Source of the DNA: a virus
DNA length: 64,000 nucleotides
Strand: one strand, 5' to 3'
IMG/VR virus record: IMGVR_UViG_3300045972_000291
Coordinates: 377 to 64,376 of that record
Below the pieces are notes generated by a model. The model did no database searches, was not told the origin of the DNA, and saw nothing but the letters and a program-made list of their open reading frames with translations. The position numbers and the translations under genes are program-made. Positions 51,764 to 61,798 of the stretch are shown here, piece after piece; position 1 is the stretch's first letter; each line of letters begins with the position of its first letter.

Positions 51764-53077
51764 ATGCTGATTTCCTCCATCCCGGCGAAATTCACCATTC
51801 CTTGGGCGAATTCGGCCGGGGGCGCCTATATCCGATCGATCCCGACGCCATCGCAGATCGGCGTTGCCGACGGCGCGGCGTCGCTCACCGATGGTTTCCC
51901 GCCGTGGTGTTTTGCGGCCGGGGGAGCGCCGGATGGCCGCGATTTCCAGGGCATCCTGAGGTGGGTCACGCAATGGCAGCAGTGGCAGCAGGCCGGCGGT
52001 CCGGTTGCTTACGATTCGGCGTTTCAGACGGCGATTGGCGGATATCCCAAGGGCGCCGTTGTCGCGTCAGCGACGGCGTTCGCGGTTTCCTGGCTCAGCA
52101 CGGTCGACAATAACGGGACCAACCCGGACGCAGGTGGGGCAGGCTGGATCAAGGTTGTCGGGAACGGTCCTTTTTATGCCGCCGACACCGGGTCGGCCAA
52201 TGCACTGGCGATCTCTGTCCCCAACATCTCCGCGCTCGCGGCTGGGCAATCGTTCATTGTCAAAAAATCGTCTTCTGCGAATACCAGCGCAGCGACGATT
52301 ATCGTTACCGGAAGCTCTGGCGCGCTCGCGTCAACAGCGGTTGTCTGGGCCGACGGAACCGCGCTCGCGTCTGGTGACTGGCCCGCGAATGTGACCGGTC
52401 TTGTCGAATATGACGGGGCGCAGTTCAACCTTCTTTCCGTCATGGGGCCGAGCGTGTTCGCGCGGGCGGGGCGCGGGGCGGCGACAAATATTATTCCCTT
52501 CCCCTCATCGACCGCATGGACGGTCCCTGCGGGCGTGACATCGATCAAACGCGCTCGCTGCTGGGGCGCCGGTGGCGGCGGCGGCGGGTCATTTGGCGCG
52601 GGGTCGGGCGGTTCTGGCGGCGGCGGCGGCGCCTACGCGGAAGCCATCAATATCCCCGTCACGCCCGGCGCAAGCATCACAGTGACGGTCGGGGCGGCCG
52701 GCGCGGCCGGCGCGGGAACGCCAACCAATGGCGGCGCGGGCGGGACAACGTCGTTCGGCTCCTATTGTTCGGCGGGCGGCGGTGGCGGCGGTTATTCAGG
52801 AACGGGCGCGCTCCAATCCACGTTTCAAGGCGCAGGCGGCACCGCAACTATAGGCTCCGTTTTGCTGTCAGGTGCGGGCGGGGGCAATGCTTATACCACC
52901 GGCGCCAATTACGGCGGCGGAATTGGCGGCCAATCCCCGTTCGGAGCCGGAAGCCCATCGCTCAATCTCAACACGGCAGGGGCCAATGGCAGCTTTCCGG
53001 GCGGCGGCGCCAACGCTGGAGCCATCGGCAACGGGGGCGGCGCAGGCGGCGCCGGTTTCATCATCATCGAATATTGA
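51764..53077 (+). CDS. Tail fibre protein with glycine-rich C-terminus
   Basis: IPWANSAG...ASLTDGFPP...DFQGIL...AIGGYPKGAV; GGGGG-rich C-terminal region. Confidence 0.85.
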   Translation: MLISSIPAKFTIPWANSAGGAYIRSIPTPSQIGVADGAASLTDGFPPWCFAAGGAPDGRDFQGILRWVTQWQQWQQAGGPVAYDSAFQTAIGGYPKGAVVASATAFAVSWLSTVDNNGTNPDAGGAGWIKVVGNGPFYAADTGSANALAISVPNISALAAGQSFIVKKSSSANTSAATIIVTGSSGALASTAVVWADGTALASGDWPANVTGLVEYDGAQFNLLSVMGPSVFARAGRGAATNIIPFPSSTAWTVPAGVTSIKRARCWGAGGGGGGSFGAGSGGSGGGGGAYAEAINIPVTPGASITVTVGAAGAAGAGTPTNGGAGGTTSFGSYCSAGGGGGGYSGTGALQSTFQGAGGTATIGSVLLSGAGGGNAYTTGANYGGGIGGQSPFGAGSPSLNLNTAGANGSFPGGGANAGAIGNGGGAGGAGFIIIEY

Positions 53078-53086
53078 GGGCGGCTT

Positions 53087-53668
53087 ATGTCCATCGCGCA
53101 AATCATCGAAGCCGGCGTGGTCGCCAATGCCATCGCCGTCGACCCGTCTGCTGTTGTCTCGGCGGATGGAAAAAACCTGACATGGGACGGCGGGGAATAT
53201 GAAGCGCCGGAAGGCCTCATGCTCATGATGCAAGAGGGCGCAGGCATCGGCTGGACGCTGTCGGACGGCGTTCTGGTCGCGCCCGCCGCGCCTTCAGCGC
53301 CCGCGCCGACAAAAGCCGATCTCCTCGCCTACGCCGCGCAGAAGCGGTTCGAGATCGAAACCGGCGGGATCGTGGTTGACGGCACGCGCATCGACACCTC
53401 GCGCGCGTCGCAGAACATGATTTCCAATGCGGACCGTTATGCGCAGGCGAGCGGCGTAGCATCCGTCAGGTATAAGGCGGCGTCCGGGTGGATCACGCCC
53501 GCGGCGGCGCCGCTCCATGCGGTCGCGCTTGCTGTCGGCGCGCATGTGCAGGCCTGCTTCGATATCGAATACGACCTCGACGCCGCCATCGAGGCCGGGA
53601 GCATCACGACCATGGCGGAGATCGACACGCCGCCGGCGCCGATCCCGGCCTGGCCCGCCAATTCGTAA
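53087..53668 (+). CDS. Tail fibre assembly protein (DUF4376-like)
   Basis: YAAQKRFEIETGGI...IDTSRASQ...AVGAHVQACF. Confidence 0.78.
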   Translation: MSIAQIIEAGVVANAIAVDPSAVVSADGKNLTWDGGEYEAPEGLMLMMQEGAGIGWTLSDGVLVAPAAPSAPAPTKADLLAYAAQKRFEIETGGIVVDGTRIDTSRASQNMISNADRYAQASGVASVRYKAASGWITPAAAPLHAVALAVGAHVQACFDIEYDLDAAIEAGSITTMAEIDTPPAPIPAWPANS

Positions 53669-53765
53669 AGCCGCGGCCCCGCGCAAGCTTCTCTGATCCC
53701 CTGACCTCGCAGCCTCTACGCACCGCCTCGCGCGGCGCTTTGGCGCGCGCCTGCAAGGATGCCCG

Positions 53766-54383
53766 ATGACCCAGCTCAGCCTGCGCGCGTCGAACAACGC
53801 GACCTTTCGCTGGACGCGCGACCTGTCGCAATTCGCGTCAGTCTATGACCTGGCCTCGGCGACGATCCGCATGCAGGCGCGGACCTTCCCGGGGGCGCCG
53901 GACCCGCCGACCTATCAATGGGTGACAGGCGCGACCTCGGGCGGACGGGTCAGTTTCAACCCGACCACGAATCTCGCCGTCTTCACCGCGCCGCTCGCCG
54001 ACATGGGCGCACTGTCCGGCGACCTCGACTATGACGTCCGGCTCGAATTTCCGACCGGCGTCGTCCCGCTGGTCCGCGGTAACCTGGCGTTCCATCCTGG
54101 CGTCACGCGGACGTCCGGCGATTCCTCGGCAACCGGCGTCTCCGGCATCGGCGACACGGTCACGGTGGATGGCGAGCGCGCGTCATCGCCTGTTCCGCTG
54201 CCCCTGGCGCTGACCGCCGCCATCGCCGCTGTTGAGGCGTCGGGCGGCGCGGGCGCGGGCTTCAATGTGTCCCTGACGGACGCCTTCGGCGCGTCGCTGG
54301 GTCGTCTCGCCTCCACGTCCGGCGCCGGGGCTTCCGTTCAAATCACCGATTCCTTCGGGACAGTCTTGGGGTACGCGGCATGA
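53766..54383 (+). CDS. Tail/baseplate accessory protein (BppU N-terminal-like Ig fold)
   Basis: YDLASATIRMQAR...YDVRL...GNLAFHPGVTR. Confidence 0.6.
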   Translation: MTQLSLRASNNATFRWTRDLSQFASVYDLASATIRMQARTFPGAPDPPTYQWVTGATSGGRVSFNPTTNLAVFTAPLADMGALSGDLDYDVRLEFPTGVVPLVRGNLAFHPGVTRTSGDSSATGVSGIGDTVTVDGERASSPVPLPLALTAAIAAVEASGGAGAGFNVSLTDAFGASLGRLASTSGAGASVQITDSFGTVLGYAA

Positions 54384-55942
54384 GCGTTTCCGTCGTCACG
54401 CTTGGCAATTTGGGCGCCGATTTCGATACAGCGGGCGCGCAGGAGGCGAGCAAAGTCAACGTTTCCGCCGCGCTAAAAGCCAGCCTCGCGCCCAGGGATA
54501 ACAGCAACAAAAAAACGATTGTCGTTTTCTGTTCCTCGGGCGGCTTGGCAGGCAGCGGGGCGACGCCATCCGCCGAGAACAACTGGGCGTCGCCCGCCGG
54601 CAATTGGAGCGGGCTGCTCGCCGCCGCGCTCGCGCCGTCCGGCTGGACGGTGTTCAATCGCTCGATTTCGGGGACCGGCGTCGACACCAGCATCGCACGG
54701 TTTTGGACCGACGTAGCGCCCCACAAGCCCTCGCATGTGATCTTGGCAACGGGCATCGCAAATGATGGCTACAATATTCAACACTATCTGAGCGGAGTTC
54801 TGGAGATCATCCGGCTGTGCAAGCTGATTGGCGCGGTCCCGGTACTTCGCAGCATCTACCCGCACAACGCCATGACGGCGGCGCAATATGCCGCTGTGCT
54901 TGGGCTCAACAGGCAACTGTCGAATCTCGGCTATCCGTTCATCGACCAGATGAGCATGTTCGACGACGGAAGCGGTCATTTCATCGGCGGATCGACGTAT
55001 ACCAGCGACGGGCAGCACCTGGGCGATCCGGGCAACGCCGGCCTGTTCAGCGCAATTGACCTTGGCGCGTTCACGGCCTTTACGGGTGGCCAGTGGGTTT
55101 CGCCAAGACAGGCCGGCGCCTGGCAGATGTCGATTGCCGACACGAACGAGATCGGGATCTGGGGCAGATCGACGGAGGGGCTTGGCGGCAATGTCAAGTC
55201 ATTCTCGATGCGCGCAAAGGTCAAGTCACAGTCGGGAATTCCCACGTATCGCGGCGTCATGGGCGCTACGAATGCGACGGGAGACGTTATCCGGTTGCGC
55301 CATCAGGGAACTTACAATCTGGGCAGCACGCCGGGCATTGTCGGCTCAGCATCCTCGATCTCGCCGGAAACGGATTTTACCACGCACGAATTCGTCATCA
55401 CTTACAATCACATGACGGATTTCGCCGCCCTCTACATAGACGGCGCGCTGGTTGCGTCCGGGGCTGCGGGAACCACGCAAGCCGCGATCGCGCAATTTTC
55501 ATTCGGATCGCCAGTCGGAGCCGCCATCTGTGCGGCGGGAATGACATTTTCCGAAATGGGCGTGTGGCAGGTACCGCTCTCCGCGCTCGATGTTGCGGCC
55601 ATGAACCTGACCGGCGCTGTCCCTCGGGGCAGCATGATTTTCGACGCCGATCTCAGCGCCAGCCCGAACGGTGTGTCAGGCGCCCAATCTGGCGTCTGCC
55701 CTAATGCAATCGGGAACGGACTGCTTCCGGTTATTGGCGGGTCGTGGCTTCCGGTGGACGCGGGCAGTCCCGCGCTGGCTCCGTCGCCGCTCTATGCCGC
55801 GTTCATCGCAATGCTTGGCGCGGCCTCGCAGGCTGAACGTGACGCTATCGCGGCCCTCCTCGGCACGAGTTCGGGCGGCGGCTCAACATCATCCTTCCAA
55901 CTCGACCCGATTGACGCGCTCGCCACCGCCATCATGCACTGA
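54380..55942 (+). CDS. SGNH/GDSL esterase fused to LamG/ConA-like domain
   Basis: Blocks VFCSSG, NRSISG, TGIAND, SDGQHL, followed by lectin-like HEFVITYN...ALYIDG. Confidence 0.75.
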   Translation: MSVSVVTLGNLGADFDTAGAQEASKVNVSAALKASLAPRDNSNKKTIVVFCSSGGLAGSGATPSAENNWASPAGNWSGLLAAALAPSGWTVFNRSISGTGVDTSIARFWTDVAPHKPSHVILATGIANDGYNIQHYLSGVLEIIRLCKLIGAVPVLRSIYPHNAMTAAQYAAVLGLNRQLSNLGYPFIDQMSMFDDGSGHFIGGSTYTSDGQHLGDPGNAGLFSAIDLGAFTAFTGGQWVSPRQAGAWQMSIADTNEIGIWGRSTEGLGGNVKSFSMRAKVKSQSGIPTYRGVMGATNATGDVIRLRHQGTYNLGSTPGIVGSASSISPETDFTTHEFVITYNHMTDFAALYIDGALVASGAAGTTQAAIAQFSFGSPVGAAICAAGMTFSEMGVWQVPLSALDVAAMNLTGAVPRGSMIFDADLSASPNGVSGAQSGVCPNAIGNGLLPVIGGSWLPVDAGSPALAPSPLYAAFIAMLGAASQAERDAIAALLGTSSGGGSTSSFQLDPIDALATAIMH

Positions 55943-55953
55943 GGATACTTCCA

Positions 55954-56790
55954 ATGTCTAATGCACCCGTAGCTTATACTTTCAACGCGGTCGTTGGGGG
56001 AGCCCTCACCGGATACACGCGTCCGCTTGGCGTCCAGCTCAGCGCCAACGCCACGACCGTCACCTTCGCCAGCGACATTGCGGCGTTGCCACTGTCAGCC
56101 AATGCGGCGCAAGAGGCGGGAGGCAATCTCGCGGCCATCGCCACCAGCGTCGCTGCCGGCGCGACGGCGGCCAATCAGGCCACCGCAAACACGACGCTTT
56201 CCAGCATCCTGACCAAACTCGGCTCCGCCGTTCTCGGCGCGGGCTCCGCGATCATCGGCAAATTTGGCATCGATCAGACGACACCCGGAACGACCAACGG
56301 CGTCGTGGTCAATGCTTCTGCGCTGCCGGCCGGCGCGGCGACCGCGACCAATCAGGTGGCGGCGCAGAGTGCGCCGGGCACGCCGCAGACGACGGCCCTT
56401 ACGGTGCAAGGCAATGCCAACGGCATCCCGCAGCCGGTGGCGCTCTCGGCTACATCGGGTGGAGGTTGGACCCCCGGATGTTACGCCGCGATGAGCACCA
56501 CCCAGCAGATCAAGAGCGGGGCGGGAAATCTCAGCATGATCGACGGGTTCAACCCCGGCGCGTCGGCGATCTTCCTTCAAATCTTTGACGCCCTCGCGGT
56601 GAACGTCACGCTCGGCACGACACCACCCATTCATGTCGTGGTTTGCCCTCCCGGTCTTAACGGCGGCTTCGTCCTGTCGGGCGGCCTGCAATTCTCCGCA
56701 GGCATCACTGTCGCGGCAACCACGACCGCCAACGGATCGACGCTGGTTTCGGGCGGAAACGCGCCGACCGTCTCCTACGCCTTCAAATAA
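55954..56790 (+). CDS. Tail-region structural protein, Ala/Thr-rich
   Basis: Low-complexity N-terminal half; C-terminal IKSGAG...FLQIFD...TTPP...FSAGITVAATT. Confidence 0.6.
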   Translation: MSNAPVAYTFNAVVGGALTGYTRPLGVQLSANATTVTFASDIAALPLSANAAQEAGGNLAAIATSVAAGATAANQATANTTLSSILTKLGSAVLGAGSAIIGKFGIDQTTPGTTNGVVVNASALPAGAATATNQVAAQSAPGTPQTTALTVQGNANGIPQPVALSATSGGGWTPGCYAAMSTTQQIKSGAGNLSMIDGFNPGASAIFLQIFDALAVNVTLGTTPPIHVVVCPPGLNGGFVLSGGLQFSAGITVAATTTANGSTLVSGGNAPTVSYAFK

Positions 56791-56802
56791 GGGCCATCCC
56801 CC

Positions 56803-59800
56803 ATGAAATTCATTCGTAACGCCGGCTTCGCGCTGGCTGTCGCCGCTTGCCTGTTCGCCACCGCGGCGCCGGCCCAGCTCATGGGCATCTTCGGCGACAT
56901 CCGGGCGCGGATCATCTCGATCTTCACGGCCATTGCGCCGCAGGTCTTCCCCTCCGCGTTGTTCGGCGCAGCCGTTGCGCCCGGCGCGGGCGCGGCCAAT
57001 CAGGGCCTCGTCGTCCCGGCGGGGGCCACCTACGTCCCACCAACAACAACGAGCATTTCCTCGTGGGTGTTCGTCTTCGAGGGCGTCGTCAATTCCAACA
57101 TGCTGACCGGGTCTTATGGTGGTGAAGCCATCGGAGCCAACTGCACGAACTCGACATGTGGGAATAGTGGCTCTCACCAAATCGTTCTCTCCAACATCGG
57201 TTCGCCGGTTGCGCTCGACCTACAAGTGTTTTTCAAGGGGCCAATCTCTGGCTATCCGTTCTGGGTGCCCTACCAAGCAACATCTTCGGCATCTACGGCA
57301 GGCGCTGGATATACGCCGGGCTATTACCTATGGGCTCTGTCGGCGACACAGATCACGGCGGGTAGCTGCACAGTTTACCCCTCGGGCTCCTATACCGTCA
57401 CTGGGTCCACAGTCACCGCCCCACGCATCACGCAGCCCGGAATGTGCGCGCCAGGCACGACGTTCAGCGGCCTGTCGCTCACCTCTGGCGCGCCCACCAC
57501 GCCCGGATCCCTCACTGTGACAATGGGGCAGTTGGGTTACACTGGCGTTTCCGCCAAGCCGGGCCAACATTTCTGCGCCGCAATCGGCCAGTGGGGTTCT
57601 GACGCCAGTGTGCCGGTGGGCATCCGAGGCCAGCAATTTGTCATCGCCGTATACGATCAAGGCAACCATCTGACTGGCTCTCCCGCGATTTCCACCACGA
57701 GCAACATCGGCGTAGGCTTAACCTACAGCTTCTATACTTACAACACCGGAGCAGCGATCCCGAACACCGCCATCGGCAATCTCATTACTACGATTGGCAC
57801 CAACTATAACGCCAACGGCCAATATGCCAACTGGGGCGGCCAACTGTCCAATGTTGGCATGATCTGGTGGCAATGGCCGCAGGTCGGTTCCGCGCCCGAC
57901 ACCGCGCCGCTGGCCTCCATGTGCAAAAAGCAGGTCGATCCGCTGGCCTATTTCCAGGCGCAGAGCGGCGCGACCGTGCGCAGTTTCTACAAGCTCGACC
58001 CATCAACGAACATCCTGACAGACTCGGGGCCCAACGGCTATACGCTGACGCCCATCACTTCGGCGCCCACGTCAGGCTCGCCCACGGCGCAAGGCGCGGC
58101 GTTGACGATCACCGACACCGGCCCGTCGACGGTCTACCCGGTATCGTCATTCTTTGTTGGCACAGTTGCGGTGGGTTCCGGGCCAGTCGCGATTTCGGGA
58201 ACCTACAACCCGACCGCGCTTGGCGGGACGCCGACCGCAATCGAGGCGCAGGTATCCGCGACTCCGGGCGGCTCCCCGCTTGCCGGCTGCTTGTCTTGCG
58301 CATGGGGCTCGATCGCTACGCCTTCGGGTGGGACGTGGAGCGGGTCGGTCCCGAACGTCCCGGCCGGCGGCCCCTATTACGTGTCCGTGCGGGCCTCGAA
58401 CGCACCCAACTTCGTTCAGACGTCCGGCCCGGTTTCGGTCGGTGAAGTGGTCGCGTTGCAGGGCCAGAGCCAGATGGCCTATTTGTGCACGGGCCAGACC
58501 GGCAACACGCTTTCTCCCACGAGCAATTTGGGTTGGGCGCTCGGCGGTGAGACAAACAACGTCTCGCAGACCGTCGCCGGCGTGCCGATAGGGTCGCTGG
58601 CGTTTCAGCCGGTCACGCCGACAACGGTTCCCGGTCAGAACATCACCACCCAAGTCAATTTGGGCGACGGCTGCACGGCCTATCTGCAATCGTTGGCTAC
58701 GCTGACCGCCAATGTTACCGGCAATTCCTGGCCGATCCAGATGCTGAACCTCACCTATTCCGGTCGCTATGCGGAAGTGTGGCTCAACGGCTATCTCCAG
58801 ATCAAAAACTGGTTGGCGGGATCGGGAACCGGCCCCTACACCGCGAACGTGCTGGCGTCTGCGTCGAACATCAACGGCAACACGACCTCCGGATCGAACA
58901 TCATTAACGTCACCGGCATCGGGTCGGGGACGCTGCAAGCGGGCATGTCAATCGGGTCTGCCACCAACTTGGCCGTCGGGATCATTCAGCCCTTCGGAAC
59001 CAGTGGAACCACGGGCGCGGGTGGCGCCGGCACGTATGCGGTGTCGACGACGCAGCCGGGCGGCACGTTTGTGGCCGCCAGCGCCAACGCCGTCAACTAT
59101 GGGCTGTATCCCGCCATGGCGGGCGCGAACAATGACATGACCTCGGTCAATATGGTGCTCGCCGGGACCATGATATTCAAGGACGCTACCGGCGCTGTGC
59201 TCGGACAGGACACGGCCCCGCTGGTCATGAACACCTCAACGAGTACGACGTGCTCCGGTGCCACCATTGCGTCGTGCTCCATCGACTATGTCAACGGCGG
59301 CGTCTCGATCACGTTCACCACGCCCCCGGCAGGGCCGATCACGGCGACATGGACCAACATCGTGGATGTCGCGCCTACGGGCTACGGCGGCATTTACGAC
59401 GGCATCGACTATGTCGGAAATGGCGACCCGGCGACGGGCACGCTGTCCGCGATGATGGCGCATGTGCCCGCCGGCATTAACCTCATGCTGTTCAGCCAGT
59501 GCACGATGAACAGCAACGAGGTCGCGGCCTATGGCGTCGGCAAACTGTCGATGTCGCAGAAGTATGACTATCTGTTCAACGTCAAATATCCGAGCGTCTT
59601 CAAAGGCTATTCGTCCACGACGCCGATCCTGTCTCTGGAGCATTTCAGGGACTCGCAAAATGTGTCGACCGGAACTGCGGGCCAAATCCTCGGCTGCATG
59701 GCATGGTTGCGCGACTATGGCCTGTCGGGCGGGAATCATGTCTACGGCGGATCGTATCCCGACCCGACGTCACAGGGCGCCGGCCCGCACGAGTCCAATG

Positions 59801-61260
59801 GCTTCTACGGCGGCCAGCGTTTTGGGCGTCGCATGGCGATCAATTCTGCGGCTCAATGGTGGCCTTTGGCGGTGCCCAATCAGGAACCGACGATTGCTTC
59901 GGCTGTGCTCGGATATTCGGGCTCGGGTAACGCTTACGACGCCGGGTGCACGGCGCCGGGCGGCGGCGCGTCGAGCTGCATCAACATTCAGTTCACCATG
60001 AACAATCCTTTGGCGACGTCGCTGGCGACGTGCGGACCCAACCTCAACGGGACCGGAGGCGCGGGAGAATGGGCCGCGACATCCGTCGCAGGCTTGGCCG
60101 GAACCACCACATCCGGCTCCAACATCATCAATATCACGACCAATCCGGGGACCATTGCTCCGGGGATGTGGCTCTATGGCTCGACGGCGCTGGTCTCCGG
60201 CAATGTTCAGCCGTTTGGGACCGGGGGTTCTACCGGCTCAGGCGGGACCGGCACCTATGCCCTGTCATCAACCCAGACTGGCGCATCGTTTACGGGCGTC
60301 TCGGCGCAGTTCAACGCCGCGAACGGGACATGCGCCGACGCTGGCATTGGGCAGCATGTATCCGGCTTCCGCATCGGGCCGCATCCTGTTCCGTCAGGCA
60401 ACGCGGGCAACGTGTTCGAAGATGGCGCCGACCCGATTGCCGCGTCGGGGTCAGCGGGAATGACGATCACGCCGTCGCTGGCGTTCTCGTGCACGCAGGT
60501 TGCCGCGACGACCGTCCAATGCCGGAGAACAACCGGGACGTGGACGGGAGGCTCGACCTACCTGACTTATGGTGAACCGTGGTCGTCGTCTCGTGACATC
60601 ACGCTTCAAGGCACGCCGGGCGCGGTCAACGGGCTCCCCATTCCAACACCGGGCACTTGTACGACGTCAGGTTCCGCCACAGTCGCATTGACGGGGACGG
60701 GCGCTGGCTCACTCAAGGTGGATTACACCACGGCGGGCATCCAGCGGGCCTACCCGGCGACGACGGGCTATTTGATCCACACCAACCCGACCACACTCGC
60801 TTCCGCCGTGCCGAATTGCTCCGGTTATTCGATCACGCTTCCCGCCGCGTGCGTGGGGCCGGGAACGCCGACGATTCCGTGTTTCGGCAACCTGATCTCA
60901 TCGGCCAATGTCACCGGGCAACTGCTGTACGACAATTCGGGCAGCGCGGCGGCCTCGGGCATTTCCGGGACCGCGACGGCGGGTTCGAACGTCATCAGCG
61001 TATCTGGCGTCACGACGGGATCGTTGGTGCGGGGCATGATCCTGAGCGGGACCGGGCTGACCTCGGGCGTCGTGCAGGCCGTGAGCGGCAGCTTGCCAAC
61101 GCTCTCGGTTACGCTGACCACAAAGCAGGCTGGCGGCTCGTTTTCGGGCGCTTCGGCCAGCAGTGTAATCGGGTCTGTGTTGGGCGGCTACGAGCCCGGA
61201 CTGCCGGTCACGCCGGTCATCGGCGCGGCAGCCGGCTATGCGATCACGGTGACGCCGTGA
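56803..61260 (+). CDS. 1485-aa signal-peptide protein with sialate-O-acetylesterase/SGNH-like domain and repeated beta modules
   Basis: MKFIRNAGFALAVAACLFATAAPA; LQGQSQMAY (cf. GQSNM); GPH...GQRFGRRMA. Confidence 0.7.
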   Translation: MKFIRNAGFALAVAACLFATAAPAQLMGIFGDIRARIISIFTAIAPQVFPSALFGAAVAPGAGAANQGLVVPAGATYVPPTTTSISSWVFVFEGVVNSNMLTGSYGGEAIGANCTNSTCGNSGSHQIVLSNIGSPVALDLQVFFKGPISGYPFWVPYQATSSASTAGAGYTPGYYLWALSATQITAGSCTVYPSGSYTVTGSTVTAPRITQPGMCAPGTTFSGLSLTSGAPTTPGSLTVTMGQLGYTGVSAKPGQHFCAAIGQWGSDASVPVGIRGQQFVIAVYDQGNHLTGSPAISTTSNIGVGLTYSFYTYNTGAAIPNTAIGNLITTIGTNYNANGQYANWGGQLSNVGMIWWQWPQVGSAPDTAPLASMCKKQVDPLAYFQAQSGATVRSFYKLDPSTNILTDSGPNGYTLTPITSAPTSGSPTAQGAALTITDTGPSTVYPVSSFFVGTVAVGSGPVAISGTYNPTALGGTPTAIEAQVSATPGGSPLAGCLSCAWGSIATPSGGTWSGSVPNVPAGGPYYVSVRASNAPNFVQTSGPVSVGEVVALQGQSQMAYLCTGQTGNTLSPTSNLGWALGGETNNVSQTVAGVPIGSLAFQPVTPTTVPGQNITTQVNLGDGCTAYLQSLATLTANVTGNSWPIQMLNLTYSGRYAEVWLNGYLQIKNWLAGSGTGPYTANVLASASNINGNTTSGSNIINVTGIGSGTLQAGMSIGSATNLAVGIIQPFGTSGTTGAGGAGTYAVSTTQPGGTFVAASANAVNYGLYPAMAGANNDMTSVNMVLAGTMIFKDATGAVLGQDTAPLVMNTSTSTTCSGATIASCSIDYVNGGVSITFTTPPAGPITATWTNIVDVAPTGYGGIYDGIDYVGNGDPATGTLSAMMAHVPAGINLMLFSQCTMNSNEVAAYGVGKLSMSQKYDYLFNVKYPSVFKGYSSTTPILSLEHFRDSQNVSTGTAGQILGCMAWLRDYGLSGGNHVYGGSYPDPTSQGAGPHESNGFYGGQRFGRRMAINSAAQWWPLAVPNQEPTIASAVLGYSGSGNAYDAGCTAPGGGASSCINIQFTMNNPLATSLATCGPNLNGTGGAGEWAATSVAGLAGTTTSGSNIINITTNPGTIAPGMWLYGSTALVSGNVQPFGTGGSTGSGGTGTYALSSTQTGASFTGVSAQFNAANGTCADAGIGQHVSGFRIGPHPVPSGNAGNVFEDGADPIAASGSAGMTITPSLAFSCTQVAATTVQCRRTTGTWTGGSTYLTYGEPWSSSRDITLQGTPGAVNGLPIPTPGTCTTSGSATVALTGTGAGSLKVDYTTAGIQRAYPATTGYLIHTNPTTLASAVPNCSGYSITLPAACVGPGTPTIPCFGNLISSANVTGQLLYDNSGSAAASGISGTATAGSNVISVSGVTTGSLVRGMILSGTGLTSGVVQAVSGSLPTLSVTLTTKQAGGSFSGASASSVIGSVLGGYEPGLPVTPVIGAAAGYAITVTP

Positions 61261-61553
61261 GGCGCGCCGCCCTCATCCTCGCCGCGTGCGTGGCCGCAAC
61301 TCTGGCCCATGCCGCTCCCTGCAACGGCGTCTATGGCTGCAAGGTGCGCGCGGAGTTCTGCACGATCGAACAGCCCACGCGCTGCCACTACGAACGCCTG
61401 CTCCCCGAACAGGGCGTCGGGCTCTGCACCATGGTGATGATGCAGGCCGCCGTCCAATGGATCACCGGAGACGCAGCGGCCGGCAAGCCCGCGCATCCGG
61501 GCTTTCGGCTGGTGACGGCAAGTTGTGTCAGCCCTGACGATTCAGACATTTAA
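61257..61553 (+). CDS. Small secreted Cys-rich protein
   Basis: GTG start overlapping previous stop; RRAALILAACVAATLAHA signal; six Cys in mature part. Confidence 0.65.
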   Translation: MRRAALILAACVAATLAHAAPCNGVYGCKVRAEFCTIEQPTRCHYERLLPEQGVGLCTMVMMQAAVQWITGDAAAGKPAHPGFRLVTASCVSPDDSDI

Positions 61554-61562
61554 GGGTTCCCG

Positions 61563-61781
61563 ATGAGCAAGAAACAGACTTGGGCGCCGAACCAGGTCTC
61601 GGCGGCAATCGATGCTTATTACGAGCACCGTTGCGGCAACATCGATGAGTGGATGGTGAAGGTCTTGGACGCCGCACGCGACACAAAGCCGGAATTTCCT
61701 TCGCTTGAACCCACCGCAGCGACAAGGGCAAGCGATTACATCGACCGCTTTTTTCCGCGCGGTGGTCGCGCATACCGATAA
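61563..61781 (+). CDS. Hypothetical protein
   Basis: ORF filling the gap before the endolysin. Confidence 0.55.
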   Translation: MSKKQTWAPNQVSAAIDAYYEHRCGNIDEWMVKVLDAARDTKPEFPSLEPTAATRASDYIDRFFPRGGRAYR

Positions 61782-61798
61782 TACTGAAAGGCCCTGAT

